In this document: one piece after another, positions 51,351 to 64,000 of the stretch
Layout of the letters: every line of letters begins with the position of its first letter
Position numbering within the stretch: position 1 is the first letter of the stretch
NCBI GenBank assembly: GCA_004022145.1
Contig: RCNU01000002.1
Origin: Paecilomyces variotii
Lineage: Eukaryota
Strand: one strand, 5' to 3'
Length of the DNA: 64,000 nt
The notes under the pieces: model-generated
Databases searched by the model: none
Seen by the model: the letters and a program-made list of their open reading frames with translations, nothing else
What the model was told of the DNA's origin: nothing
Program-made: the position numbers and the translations under genes

Positions 51351-52332
51351 GCTAGGAGGTTAAAATCACATTGTTGCTTCCGTGCCTTCGAGGATCTAAC
51401 GCAGGTTATCTGTTGTTAATTGCATTTGTTGCTAAGTTAATATGCTAAATATATCAATCTAAATTTCCCGAGCCGTCGCAATAGGGCATCGGGATATAGC
51501 TCGATAGCGAGGTATAGCATTAGCATTCTGCATATGTAATCTTCCTGAATCGAAAGCTTTCTCTTTTCTTCTCGCTAACTTTAATTAAAACGGTGAGCTT
51601 ATAACTGTTCCGGTACGCGTTTATTTCTATACGTATCCTACTTCTACTGTAAGCGCCCCTATATTTATATTAAGACGTATTACCCAGCGTCTTAGCGGTA
51701 AGGCGGGCCGCAGGTCCGTAGATAGTGCACTATGCGAGAATGGGAGGAAAATGCATAAGCATTATTCGTAATCGATACTATAAAAAATCTTAAGTTCGGA
51801 TGAGTGGAGTAGCTACATCATCGTGTCTATATGCACCGCACGAATCACAATGTCACCGTAACTCACGAGCAGGCTTTGGTAAAAGAGAAAGATGGCATTA
51901 GTATGGCCTTATCGCGAATATGCCAAGATGCCAAGATGCCAAGTCGCAGTATATCGTTGATCTACGATGATCTACCCGATACATGCCGACTACTAAGTTT
52001 GCAGGGTGGTCATCGATGACCCGGACAGATTTGCTTGCAGGAGATTCCACAATAGACCCTTCTGTCGATCTTTACATAGCTGGCGATCAAGGGATCCTAT
52101 CTGAATTGTATTATCCCTATCACCGTTTTAGATGCCCAACCGACAGATATATGGTAGAGTATGTGGGGCGACTGTGACCCAGTTACTTATAATACTGAGG
52201 CAACGACCTCGTATCACTCTATTCTTATTTTTCTACCCTTTCTCGTATATTACCTTGAGTTCTGTTATCGGTCTGGCTAAGCACGCCGCTTCGTTATCAA
52301 TAATATTGTTTGGAAAGAAGCCCTGCACACCG

Positions 52333-53258
52333 ATGGCTCCTAAGTTTGATAGTATGCAAATACAGCTTCATACCTGCTATTCTCCAAGGGAGAATACTGT
52401 GTTTTCAGGATTAGAATCACGCGTTGTCTCGGACGGAAGTCGACGGCCGCGATTTGGCTTAAAGCGGTATTTATTTTCTGAGATCGAGACGAAATGGGCA
52501 GATATACCTTTAATTGTATGCTCTTTTATCGGTGGCCTTGTTGATGGTCTCTCGTACAACTACTGGGGGAACTTTTCCAATATGCAGACAGGTATTTATG
52601 GAATCTATTTCTATGGACAATGAAAGGACTAATTAATTATTCTTTGAGTTTGATAGGAAATGTTATCTTTATTGCCCTCGGAGTGGCTGGGAAGCCGGAG
52701 CAGCCAGACATGCTCTGGGCTAAATCCCTCACAGCTATCTTCGCTTTTCTGACAGGCATCATTATTTACGTTTACGGATCTCGAGTATTGGGGCCAAAAC
52801 GACGCATAACCCTGGTCCTATCATTCGCCCTTCAGACTTCTACCCTCTTTGGTGCGGCTCTTCTTACACAACTGGTACCTCCAATGCCGGACGACCCAAC
52901 AGCGCTGGAATGGCGGAAAGCCGTCGCGATCTCGTTACTTTCCTTCCAGTCAGCTGGCCAGATCGCTGCATCCCGGTTCTTGGGCTACCCCGAGATCCCC
53001 ACCACTGTCTTGACAATTTTAGTGTGTGACCTATTTATCGATGCGAATCTCTTCCAACGGCCATGGAGCGCCAACCCCAAACGAAATCGGCGAATTGCTG
53101 CCCTGTTAGCACATTTCCTGGGAGCGATGACTGCGGGCGGAATGGCGAAAGATATTGGTCTGTCCGGAGGACTATGGCTTGCCGGATCTCTTAAGGGAGC
53201 CCTTGCACTAGCATGGTGTGCATGGACTGAAAAGAAGCATACCAAAGAGATAGGGTAA
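52333..53258 (+). CDS. DUF1275 (YoaK-like) multi-pass membrane protein (intron ~52592-52656)
   Basis: CSFIGGLVDGLSY..FSNMQTG/NVIFIALG, LLSFQSAGQIAASR, EIPTTVLT, NPKRNRR motifs of fungal DUF1275 proteins. Confidence 0.85.
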
Positions 53259-53853
53259 AGCATAAGCTTCTCTTTATTATAGCAGATGATTATGGAAACG
53301 AAATTTCTGAGCAGAACAGTGGATTATTATCTTATTACATAGAACAGCTAGAATTCTTACTATTAATATAGAGAATATAGATTTAGTCGCTACCCTTATG
53401 ACTTATTACACTAGGAAGTTTTTTATTTACTACGAACTAAAATAGCATCCCCGCTAGCAACTAAGCTCTGCTAATTACTGACCGATAAAAGTAGAATAAT
53501 AACCGTCTCCGACATAAGTATATTGAGGGCTCATAGCTGGTTATCCTCGCTGTCGGCGTTTTGATATGCGGTCCCAGCCTATTTGCCCTCCGCGGACTGT
53601 TCTAGGCTTTGAGATTTAAAGGCTTATCACCGAAGCCACTTACCTTGTAGCTTTACGATTTTGCGGACTGGACTTCTACTGGTACTAGAAATAGACGCTA
53701 CATTGCCTTTATTATTGACGTTAACACTACAATTTAGATATTTTAAACCTCCATCGACTGTATATGAATAAAGGAGCCATCTACAAGAGTGGTAATTTAT
53801 TTATATAGCTGTCCTAGACTGAGCTATTAGAACACAAACGACTTTTCCAGATC

Positions 53854-54375
53854 TCACATTGTAGGCCACCCCATATCAATTGGTTCCAAATTTCCAGCGC
53901 CCCTGAAATCCTCTATTATATCTGCCTGTTCGCTTAAAAGTACCCGGTCTGCCTGATTTGCGCCTATTCTGGCCAATTCCCTCCACCGTGCAAGATCCTG
54001 CGGGCGACGCTTATCACCGTGAGCTGCTTCATTCTGGGTCCAATGACCCTTTGAGAACCCGAGTAAAGATGTCATGCGTTTGTTCGGAATGTCGTAGACG
54101 AGCGAACAGATTGTACCCGTCTCCTCGAGCCAATTACATTGCCACAACTCTCCGGGGCGAATGCATTGATATGTTGCCGCCTGATAATTTTTTCGGCCCG
54201 CCATTGGGCCTCCATGGATCTCGTAGACAATGCGGTCTTCGTTATAGAACCACATCTCGTATCGCCACTTTTGGGGTTTCCCCTGAGCGTCATGGGCTGC
54301 ATAGTCGTAGATTAAGTGGCGATCCCGGATGTCGGTATCGAAGGTTGAGCCTTTAAGAGACGGGAGGACAGGCAT
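53854..54375 (-). CDS. pad: Phenolic acid (ferulate/p-coumarate) decarboxylase, cofactor-free PadC type
   Basis: LIYDY (Tyr pair), WRYE, IHGGPMAGR (Arg), WLEETGT (Glu) correspond to PadC catalytic motifs; 173 aa, intronless. Confidence 0.92.
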   Translation of the reverse strand: MPVLPSLKGSTFDTDIRDRHLIYDYAAHDAQGKPQKWRYEMWFYNEDRIVYEIHGGPMAGRKNYQAATYQCIRPGELWQCNWLEETGTICSLVYDIPNKRMTSLLGFSKGHWTQNEAAHGDKRRPQDLARWRELARIGANQADRVLLSEQADIIEDFRGAGNLEPIDMGWPTM

Positions 54376-55149
54376 TTTGATTATTTATTTGCTGCTAGCT
54401 AATTCGTCGAGGGAATTAAAGGGAATGAATTAGTTACATAAATGCGAATTAGGAGGGGAAATAACAGGACTTTATAGAGTTTGTGTCCCTATTCTTGCAA
54501 TCCCGAAATTAACCATATCGTCTACCTGATTCTGGAAATTTTAGAGACTATCAAAGATGATGATATAAATGCTGTCTCTATTAACCTATCGGATCGCCTC
54601 GGGTCTATGACGGCACGATATCAGCGCTGCCGAGAATCGGTGCCGATCTGCTAAAACTACCGCATTACAATACTGTCACGCTTCCTTTCAAGTATAAAGC
54701 GAGGCTTAACTTTAGTGTCGTTACATTATCTGAAGGCCCAGTTAGTTATAACATGTATAGTGGGAACTTAAGCAGTAATGTAGGCAATCGGTACCCAGGA
54801 ATATATTTTCACAATACTGACCCTAAAAATACGAAGATAAATGTTCGGCATGCGGATATCCCGCATGTTAACGCCACATCGAATAGAGGCAGATTACAGG
54901 ATAGCTTAGAACCGTTCTGTAGACGTAAAGACAGCGAAAACACCGGGATAATTTACATTATCCTTTCGAGTCTTTCTAATTGTGTACAGTTATAAGAAGT
55001 ATTTAGGTATTGTAGTAAGCAGTAGTATTGCATTAAGACTAATCGCTAGTTTTCCCTAGATGCGCCTCCGGTGCGCTATTAACGTGTAATAGGATGCGGC
55101 GAGAAGTTTGCTTAATTAGTGGGAATCTAGGATTACGGAAGCAAAAGTT

Positions 55150-58100
55150 CTGAAGGAGCATTTGAAACTAGAATAATCTCTTGATTGCTTAAATAATAAC
55201 TGAAGAGGACTAAAATCTATCAGCTATTTATGCTCAACGACTCTATCCTGACTTTACTGTGGCCTGGAGCTAAACTGAACACTGTCTTAGATGTTATATA
55301 GTTCCTGTTCCGTTTTCTTTAATCCCGTAAGGTGGATATAGGTATCTGTCCATTGCAGCTAATACCCAGATTGTATAGGATGTAAGCAGCGGCTTGCAGC
55401 AAGTTTGCAGCGTATTTCCACAGAAGCTGTAAGTGCCGACAAAAAGTAATATTGTCTAAAGCTACTTATGTTATAAGTGTAACTATTAGGCAATTATAGA
55501 ATAAGAGTAAACCCAAAGGCGATTTAAGTATTATATGGAATTGGGGTGTTGCTGTCCTGTTTTCCGATAGTTTAATTAGGATTACTTTCTCTTATAGTTA
55601 AAGGAGCACAAGGGCATATTCCTGACAATAGTTGCAATTTTGCGACCAAGAGAGTACGGTCTGATTAAAGTTTTTAGGTTTTTATCTTCAGTTCCCTTAG
55701 AGGATGTAATTTCTCTAGAAGCTGCTGTGAAAAATAATACTGTTGCTACCGTCTCAAAGCTACTCAAAGGAGCTGTCATAAGCGTAGCTTTGCCCCCTTC
55801 TCAGCAAGATTCAACAGCGTTTGGCCCTCAGCGTTGGTTTTACCTTGCCGTTCCGCCCTTCTTAAGCAGAAACATACAAGCTCGATGGAATCTTTCTCTT
55901 CTGGTGCTTCTTTCAGAAATCTTGTCCAGTGAGAAGGATTAGGATGAAGTGTGGAGTGATTGAAGAGGCTTGATAAATCTTCTTGTTCTCCGAACAGTGC
56001 CGCAGTCAAAATTGGATCAAATGTCTGCCGCGACTTACAGTACAGGTTGGAACCGTGACTAAGAAGAATTGGAGATATTTGACGCGATCCAGAAATAGTC
56101 GCTGGAAGAGTTAAGGCTGTCATTTGACTCTTATCCTTTAGTTGATCTCCTTTCTCACTTGTTTCATGGAAGTTGATGTCGGCTCCAGTAGAACAAAGAA
56201 TCACATTGCTTCTCTTGAATCTATCGCACAGAATAGATGAGTCCCCTTTCGAACATTCTCGTTGGCGGATAAATGATTCGACAAGTAAAAGCACCGAGCT
56301 CGAAGGTGAACGACCCCCTTCGCCGCAAAGCAAAGCTATTGCATCAGGCTCAAGAGCTTGAATAGCTTTTTTGTTCGAAGGTGTCAGATCAAAGTTGGAA
56401 GGGAAAATGCCCCCAAGCTTTGAAAATACGTGAAGGAGCTTCCATCGCCCCTCTATCAGTGACATAGATAACGGGGTAGGATTGTAATCGCCCACTATCT
56501 CTGAGCTGCCTGGCAGAGATGAGCTATGCATCTTCTCATTCAAAAAGTCTCTTGGACGAGAGAGCATCTTCCCAGCGGTAATAAAAAGAAGAACAGCTTC
56601 TTTCAAGTCTTCCATCTTACACTGGGTGTCGTCGCATCTTGTCAAGGAGTGCAAAGGCGCTTGACCATAAGGACCAGCGGTATCAATAGGAGCGCCGAAT
56701 CCAAGCAAGATTTTGATGAGCCGAATATCACCAGACGTAAACGCACGCTTAAGGCTGTCCCTTCAGAATCGTCGCCCATCCTTGGGTCTGCTCCATTTGA
56801 CAGCAATATTCCTACCATCTGCACGCTACTGCCAGCAAGAATGAGAGGAGGAGCACCGACCGGAGGATGACTGAACAAACTATCGAGCGAAAGCTTTCCT
56901 TTACTGGATCTCGCATATGTAGCCGATCTATAGCTTGGCATATATTGATTCACATTAGATCCACCATGAATCAGAGCAGTCATCGTTTCCACAAAGCCAT
57001 CGAGAATCGCTATGTGTAATGCTGTCCTTCCTCGTCTGTCTGTGGCAGTTGCGTCCGCACCGTTTTGGAGTAAGCACCGCATATAGCGAGGATCCTTGCG
57101 ATGTGCTGCGATATGTAGCGCGCCATATAGTATAATGTCCACACCGGATTGAGCAAGCATCTGAGCAGATGAAAGTTGATTATCACGAATTGCAGACACC
57201 AGTAGAATCGACTTCCAGCGCAAGGGGTCTGATCGCGCATGTTCAAGTCCATCGGGACTAAAGCAGTAACTATTGTTAATGTTTGGAACAGTCGATTCGA
57301 TTCCATTAAAATATTCGCTCCTAGTGGGAGTTCTCGAAGGGTTTTCAGATACTGGAGTGTCAAACTTAGCAGTTTCCCAAATACTGTTGAATTTGGCATC
57401 ACCCAACTTTCCTTTGCGGGCTTCCAGATCTTGCACCAAAAGGGTGAATAGGTCGGCATCTCGTGTATCTGCAGCAAATTCTATAGGAGATACGGTGCCT
57501 GGAGAATAGGACCTGATCTTTGCCCTGGTCTTCGTCTAAACTTGCGGAAGTGCCTTCATTGAGCGCGAATGGTGGTCGAGAAGCTTTTGAACAACAGAAG
57601 GATGACCGCCAGAGATGGCCCAATGGACGGCCGTCCATCCGCGTTTACTTCGAAACTGGTGGACTGCTCCGCTGGAAAGAAGCAGACGAACAAGCTCGAC
57701 ATTTCCGATGAAAGTGGCCCAGAACAGCGGGGTCCATCCTTGAATATCTGGAAGAGTGGAGTCTACTCTCCTCTGAACGAGAATACGGGAAACGGGAAGT
57801 TGGGCTATCGAGCATGCCCAGTGTAGAGGAGTCCATTTGTGAGAATCGGTTATAGACACGTCTCCCCCGCTTCCAGATTAATCTTGGAGGTTTCATTTAG
57901 ATTCCAGTAGGCCGTTATATGCAATGCATGCTGACCTTTAGGAACGGAATCAAAGGTCTCGTCCGCAAGGGCACCTCTAAATTCCCGTCGGAACTGGAGG
58001 GCTTGAAATGCAGCGTTTCTCGGCTTTTCATCATTAAGTAGCCCCATGATCGAAGCTTGCAACCTTTTCTCGGAATCCTGATTGCAGATATAATAAACCC

Positions 58101-58980
58101 GGGGTTTTGCAGAATAGCTCAGGAATTTCAAGTTATCGGAGCGCGCCATAAGCTCTTTCGAGCTATTACACGGCTTCGGTATCAGACTCTTCAGCCCGAG
58201 ATATCTCACAGACATTTGTGCAATGTCGAAATGCGACGTCTCGGGGGATATAGAAGCGTAGACATACTCGTAAGCTGATGTATGGACCAGACCAAAAGTG
58301 CTGTCGTCTCGATTGAAAACAACCATGCCAATGCAGATATAAAGAAGAATTTCAGGAGTAGGCATATTCTCATAATGTAGCCCATCCTCATCTATCGCAA
58401 ATTCAGTTTGAATCTCTTCGACTCTGAGTCTTCTTTTGGCATAGAGGATCCAGGAAATTAATCGTCGTGCCATTGAGCTTCTCGCTTTTGACTGGTTATC
58501 AATGCGTTGTATGGTTAAATCGAACATTTCTTTTGCAAGCCAAGAGCCCCCTTTTCAATGTCTTTCTTATCTGACCGACCGTGGCAAGATCAAGTAGCTC
58601 ATCAAGGGTAAGCCGAGCAAGAAGAAATCGTGAAATAATCAGCAGGTGCAATCGGGAGTCTAGACTGTTTATTGTATATCACATACAGATTCCCGCTCTT
58701 AGACACAATAATATTAACCATCGCGTCGTCTTCGGCAAGCTCATCGTCGAAACCACCTTCTTGTAGTCTAATAAATATAAGTCTTCGGGTCCTTCGTGCT
58801 CCCTGTAATTTCCAGCTGACTGGCCGTAATCATCTTCTGGATATGCGGAAGCTTTCGACTTATTACAAGTACATGGATCCTAGATGTAGTAAGAACCAAG
58901 CAGTGGTCCAAAAGCTCATCAGGAGCTTTTATCTCGTCAACAGCATCGAGCACTAAGTATATCGGCTGCACCGAGCCAGC
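55150..58980 (-). pseudogene. NTPase (NACHT/NPHP3-type)-winged helix-ankyrin NLR-like pseudogene
   Basis: IYLVLDAVDE (Walker B-like), FLLARL, ARRLISWILYAKRRL..LVHTSAYEY, ankyrin motifs WTPLHWA, WTPLFWA, GRTALHIA, GQAPLH, GQTLL split across at least 6 frames; AT-rich RIP-like 3' end. Walker A not found. Confidence 0.85.
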
Positions 58981-59669
58981 CTGCGAGGCATATCAGATCT
59001 TGTGCAGGTTTCACATGATTAGTCATCTAATATAGATGCGATTGACGCAGATGTAAAGGCTGAGAGGATATAAACTGAAATCTGGAAGCTAGAAAGGCGG
59101 CTCGCCATGTGTATCAAAGAGACGGGATATTTTTGGAATCGGTCTTGGTTAGAAGGACAAGGCAACTCTATCATGATATCAGCAACAAAATTGTATAATA
59201 AGTCTGAGGAATGTCTTAAGACATTTCCCAGGATTTAGGGTTGGGACTGTGATAATGTTCTTAAGGAAGAGTGCTCCATAGCCTATTCTGGAGACGAAAA
59301 GGTCAGGAGAATACTAGCGGGAACGAGCCCACATTGCAATTTGCTAGACCTAAGTATTACGGTCCTTGAATATCAGGATGCCTATCATGAAGTTGCTAGA
59401 ACCACAAATATCGCGTCAGATATTATCTCATATACTACCCAAGTGAACGATGGCGGAGTCACATATTCTATCTGAAGTAGAAGTAGATGCCGTAGATCGC
59501 GCGCCTTTCATACGAGGAATTCTCATAGGATCTAGGTGACAGAGAATGATTCAAGTTATGGAGACGAGCTCTTGTTGTCTTTCATCCTCTCATTACTGTA
59601 GCATGGCACTAATATCACTACAGATCAGGCCGCACTACCTCCTTAAGTTCCTCGATACACCGACATAGA

Positions 59670-60300
59670 CACGAGAAAGACAGACGCTATCATGCCTTCC
59701 GCGATGGCAATTATATTCTCCCAAAGGATGACGACGGATATGACCACCTGACATCGGCCAATCACCTGACGTCGAAGTTCATGAACGGGAGATCATACCA
59801 TGCACCTATTGAGAAGCCGTCAAGGGTCTATGATATAGGTACAGGTACCGGAATATGGGCCATAGACTTCGGTACGTTCTTTCAGTTCCGTGTCTCTACT
59901 GGTTATTAACAAATAATTGGATTTAGCGGACTAATTTCCTTCTGCAAGGTATCATATCATCTCCTGATACGCTATGCAATTCAACAGGAGATATACCAAC
60001 GATTTACGTTTAGGTTATCGGCTCCGATCTAACTCCAATACAGCCGAAATTAGTTCCTCCAAACGTCAGATAGATCGTAGAAGATGTGGAAGACTCGTGG
60101 ATGGATCTAAACCAACCATTGACTTCGTCCACGATCGTTATCTAGCTTCGTCGGTCAGAAAGATAACCCGAGGCTATTTCGCCAAAGTTACGAGTCGATT
60201 GTATCTTATCCACGATATCGATTATTTGTCTAATCAATGATTCTGATCAGGAACATGAGAACCTGGTGGCTAGATTGAATCTCAGCACTGCTATACTTTA
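59670..60300 (+). pseudogene. LaeA-like/TAM SAM-dependent methyltransferase relic
   Basis: RRYHAFRDGNYILP, APIEKPSRVYDIGTGTGIWAIDF, AD*FPSA, VIGSDLTPIQP..VPPNV, DFVHDRYLASSV, RPGG*IE; stops present. Confidence 0.85.
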
Positions 60301-60570
60301 CCCCTTCAGCCACGAGTTCCTCACCAAGGCCTCGATGCGTCATCAACGAAGTGCATGGCGTGTGCAGACCTGCGTATGACGACTCACAGAAGCCCTGCTA
60401 CTATCAAAATGGAGTAAAACTCTGGACAATAGGAATTTACATCTTGCAGGTCTAAAATCCATTTTTAGTCTTTTGGATATAAAAATATACACAGGAAGAC
60501 AGAATGCTTAAAAGAGCGGAGATATCATTCGTTTATTTTGGAGTTCAGTTATTCTTTTATGCATAGATAG

Positions 60571-61005
60571 TGTAAGGAACGGGGGTTCCTGGAGGTTGCT
60601 GGCGAATTACTCCGCCAGCGATTATAGCGAAAGAGATAGCAGCTTTGCGCATCTAGCTCAAAGAAGGGTCTACCAGTAAAATAAAGGGTTAATTATTATA
60701 ATAAAGGGTCTAATTAATATAGAAAAGGGTCTATATTAGAAGGGTCTAGTAATAAAGAATCTATATAAATAAAGAAATAGTAAGGTATATATTATATTAG
60801 AATAAATTGCTAGCTTCTAGTAAAATAATAATTTAGAGCCTATTTATATTCTAAATCTTAAGCACTTTCTAGCTTTATCTTATATAAATTCTAAAAGCAG
60901 AGAGAGTAAGATTTAATTAATTATCTTAATATTATATTTAGATTTAAGGCTTTACTATAGTCCTATAAGCTTATACTTTAGTAAAGAGCTAGGGGTATAA
61001 TAATA
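60571..61005 (-). repeat. 3' LTR of the Gypsy element (~435 bp)
   Basis: TGTAAGG at 60571 (...CCTTACA on minus strand); polypurine tract AAAAAGGGGGGGGA on minus strand at ~61006-61020 immediately before the RIP-altered LTR start TATTA. Confidence 0.65.
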
Positions 61006-64000
61006 TCCCCCCCCTTTTTAAAGGCTTATCCTTAAGCTATTATAAAGTTATTATATTAAATATAGAATATAGCTTTATAGAGATTTATAGTATAATAAAT
61101 AAAGGAGCTTTTTATTATTTTTATAGTAAAAGGTTAAGAAGTTATATAAGCTAAGAGTATTATTTATATAATATTATAAGGTTAAAATTCTAATCTCTAA
61201 TAACTATCTTTTTACCTTTTGCTATATATAGCTTTTAGTCTTAAATATATTTAAATAAAGATCTAGATATATTTTTAAAATTATAATAATACTAATAATA
61301 TAATAGTTTATTAAACTTAAAAAATTAATTATTTTTTTATTAGTTTTTAGAGCTTCTTATTCTAAGGGTAAATTATCTTAATTAATTATATTAATATAAG
61401 CTAATTTAATATAGATAATACTGCCCTAAATTTATTTTATATTTAAGTAATATAAAAAGATTCTTTAAGTAAATATTTCTATATAAGATTTTATATATTA
61501 TATGCTAATTTTTATAATATTAATAGCCTAAGAATATTACTTCCCCTTTTAAAGAGCTATTTCCTTCTTCTATCTCTAAAATAGAGAATATAGCTGCTGT
61601 TATTATAATATAGCTAAATCTAATTACTACTATAATATTAGAAAATAATCTCTTAACTATTATTAAGATATTAAAGACTTTAATTACTATTATAATATTA
61701 GAAAGAGCGCTTTTTTAAATAAGTATTACTCCTTTTATAGTTATTAATAGGTTAATATCTTTATCTACTAGTAAAAATCCTCTTATAAAGGATTTATTAG
61801 ATAAAATAAATATTATACTAGAATTAAGGCATATTTAATTTATACTCTTATTAGATTAACCTCTTACTATAGTCTTAGTAACTATATAAATAAGTCTTTT
61901 TTCCTTAATAATAGTACTAAAAAGCCTGCCTAAAAGGAAAAGGACTTATTTTATTACTAGGCTAGCCGCTATAAATAAATTAAAGATAACTCCTATTTAT
62001 ACTGTTAAAAGGCCTTAGAAATAAAATACTAAATATAAAAAGATTATTAATATAAGAACTTAAACTAAACTAGTTATTATTAAAATATTAATTAAAATTA
62101 TTATTATTATTATTATAAATATAATAATAAAAGATAGTTTTACTATCTCTAGGCTAAATAAAAAATTTCTTTTAATATCTTAAAAGATATATCTTTATTA
62201 TTTAAAGGGGCTAATTAAGAATCTAGTACTTTAGTATACTTATATTAATACTAATATTAAATATAACTACTATAATTATAAATATAAGCCTTATATTTTA
62301 ATCTTATTAGTTTATAAAAATAAGCTTACTTATTTATAAAGCCTTAGCTAAGAGGCTTATTTCTTAAATAACTATAAGTTTTTTAAAAAGGCCTATAATA
62401 AATATAAATCCTTTATAAAAATATATTTATATAAAGCGCTTACTAAGGCGGATATAAATAAGCTTATATCTATTATCTTATTAACCCTATTTTTATATAA
62501 GTAGTTTATAATATAGCTTTAATAGAAGTTACTTAAATTATTCTATTTAATAATATTAGATCTATAGTATATATAAAAAATTATATATATTATTTATAAT
62601 ATTCCTCCTTTCTTTAATAAAGAGGAAAATAAATCTATATTAATAAGATTCTATAATAATAAAGTAAATAAGTAAAAAGATTAATCTTAAGCCTATATTT
62701 TTAATTTTTACTAGGAGTAGCCTAGTTAAAATAAATTTATTTCTAAATAGACTAGCTTCTTATATTCTTATTAAAACTCTTAAACCTTTATAAATAAGTA
62801 AATAAAAAAAAAGTAATATAGATTTAATAATAAAATAATTAAATAAAACTTAAAAACCTAATAAGAAAAAAGAGAAATCTTATTAATTTTATTAACCTCT
62901 TTTTTTAAAGCTTCTTAAAGCCTTTCTTAAAGAGGTCTTATTAATAGCTTATATTATTACCTTAAATTTAACTAATATATTTTAAGTATATTTAAGGTCC
63001 TTCTTAAGCTATTATAAATTTTTATAATCTAGATAGCTCTTTTATTTAATTAAATATTATTTCTTCCTTTATATTATCTATTTATTTAAAATAGCCTTAA
63101 TCTCTTATTTTAATTTATTATCTACTAAAATCAGGTTTAAATACTTAAGTTTAGCCTTAAATCTCTAATAATAGGGCTCTAATAGAGAGATATAGAAGAT
63201 TAAATATATTCTGCCTAGATTCTTTAAAAGCTTAAGCTAATAGGCTTAAATTTTAATTCTTTCTATAACTTTATAAGATCCTAAGTATTTTATATTTAGT
63301 TTTTTAATTAATTAGTCTATCTTTAAGTTCTTTATTAAAAGGCAGATTTAGTCTCTTACTATATAGAATCTAGGCTTATATTTCTTATTATAATATTTCT
63401 ATTGTATAATAATAGCCTTTTAAAGAAATTCTTCTAATTAAGTATAAATTTTAATAAGTTCCTTTAATTAATTATTAACTACTAATATATTTATTTACTT
63501 TCTAGAGTTATATTTATCTTAATTTTTAAAGTTAAATTTATAAATAATATAAAAAGAACTTATATCTATAAAGGTATAAATTAAATTATTATATATAAAC
63601 TTCGCTATAGTTAATAAGAATGCCTAATTATTTTACTTATAATTTAAGTAAACCTAAAGATAATACTCTAATATTTAATTCTGCCTTTTAGTCTAGCTAT
63701 TAATTTAAAGATAAAATATAATACTTAAAAGTTTAGTAATTTAAATATAGTAATAAAGTTCTATCTAATATTTATTAATAAATAATATATCTTAGTTTAA
63801 TATAATTAACTATAGAGATTTAAAGTAGTTATAAATATAATCTATAATAAGGTTAGCTATTTTATCTGCCTTTAATATTTTATAGATAAAGATATAAAAC
63901 GCTATTTTTAAATAATAATCTATAATTACTAATATTAAATTATAGATAACTTCTTATTTCTCTAATAATAGCAGTCTTACTATAAAATCTATTAAAATAC
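60571..64000 (-). mobile_element. Heavily RIP-mutated Ty3/Gypsy chromovirus LTR retrotransposon (3' part; continues past the window end)
   Basis: Extreme AT/TpA richness. Minus-strand ~63170-63340 reads KNLKID*LIKKLNIKYLGSYKVIERI..AY*LKLLKNLGRIYLIFYISLLEPY, a RIP-degraded integrase GPY/F motif (KKLD..YLGPYKV...AY.L.LP....IHPVFHVSLLEPY), followed by a chromodomain-like relic, PPT and LTR. Confidence 0.88.

Noticed and set aside
51346-51711. Possible solo LTR (TG...CA) truncating the carboxylesterase
   Set aside because: No target-site duplication, and esterase homology does not resume afterwards.
54849-54867. Inverted repeat CATGCGG-ATATC-CCGCATG upstream of pad
   Set aside because: A 7-bp stem is expected by chance in 64 kb.
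39000-64000. Starship giant transposon
   Set aside because: Cargo-like genes are present but I found no DUF3435 captain or boundary repeats in the window.

Overview
Eukaryotic DNA from a filamentous ascomycete, probably Eurotiales (inferred from short GT-AG introns with CTRAC branch points, RIP signatures and gene content). The window has three zones. (1) About 1-20 kb is accessory: HOL1-type MFS transporter, a divergent NmrA-like/SDR pair, a decayed Pogo/Fot1 transposase abutting a RIP-damaged cytosolic leucyl-tRNA synthetase pseudogene, a Zn-dehydrogenase, an amino-acid permease, an F-box protein, an aldo-keto reductase relic and a cerato-platanin. (2) About 20.5-38 kb is a GC-rich, intact housekeeping block: Net1/Dnt1-like protein, IRE1, GH76 DCW1/DFG5, CCT2, WD40-cyclophilin and a CFEM-like membrane protein. 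(3) About 39-64 kb is accessory and decaying: NADP-ADH, SDR pseudogene, a ~1040-aa secreted protein built from ~35 amphipathic 19/29-aa repeats, phosphotransferase and carboxylesterase pseudogenes, DUF1275 plus phenolic acid decarboxylase, an NTPase-ankyrin pseudogene, a methyltransferase relic and a heavily RIP-mutated Ty3/Gypsy chromovirus. The best novelty candidates are the helical-repeat secreted protein and the dead LeuRS paralog. All calls come from reading motifs by eye; no searches were run, and exon and pseudogene boundaries are approximate.
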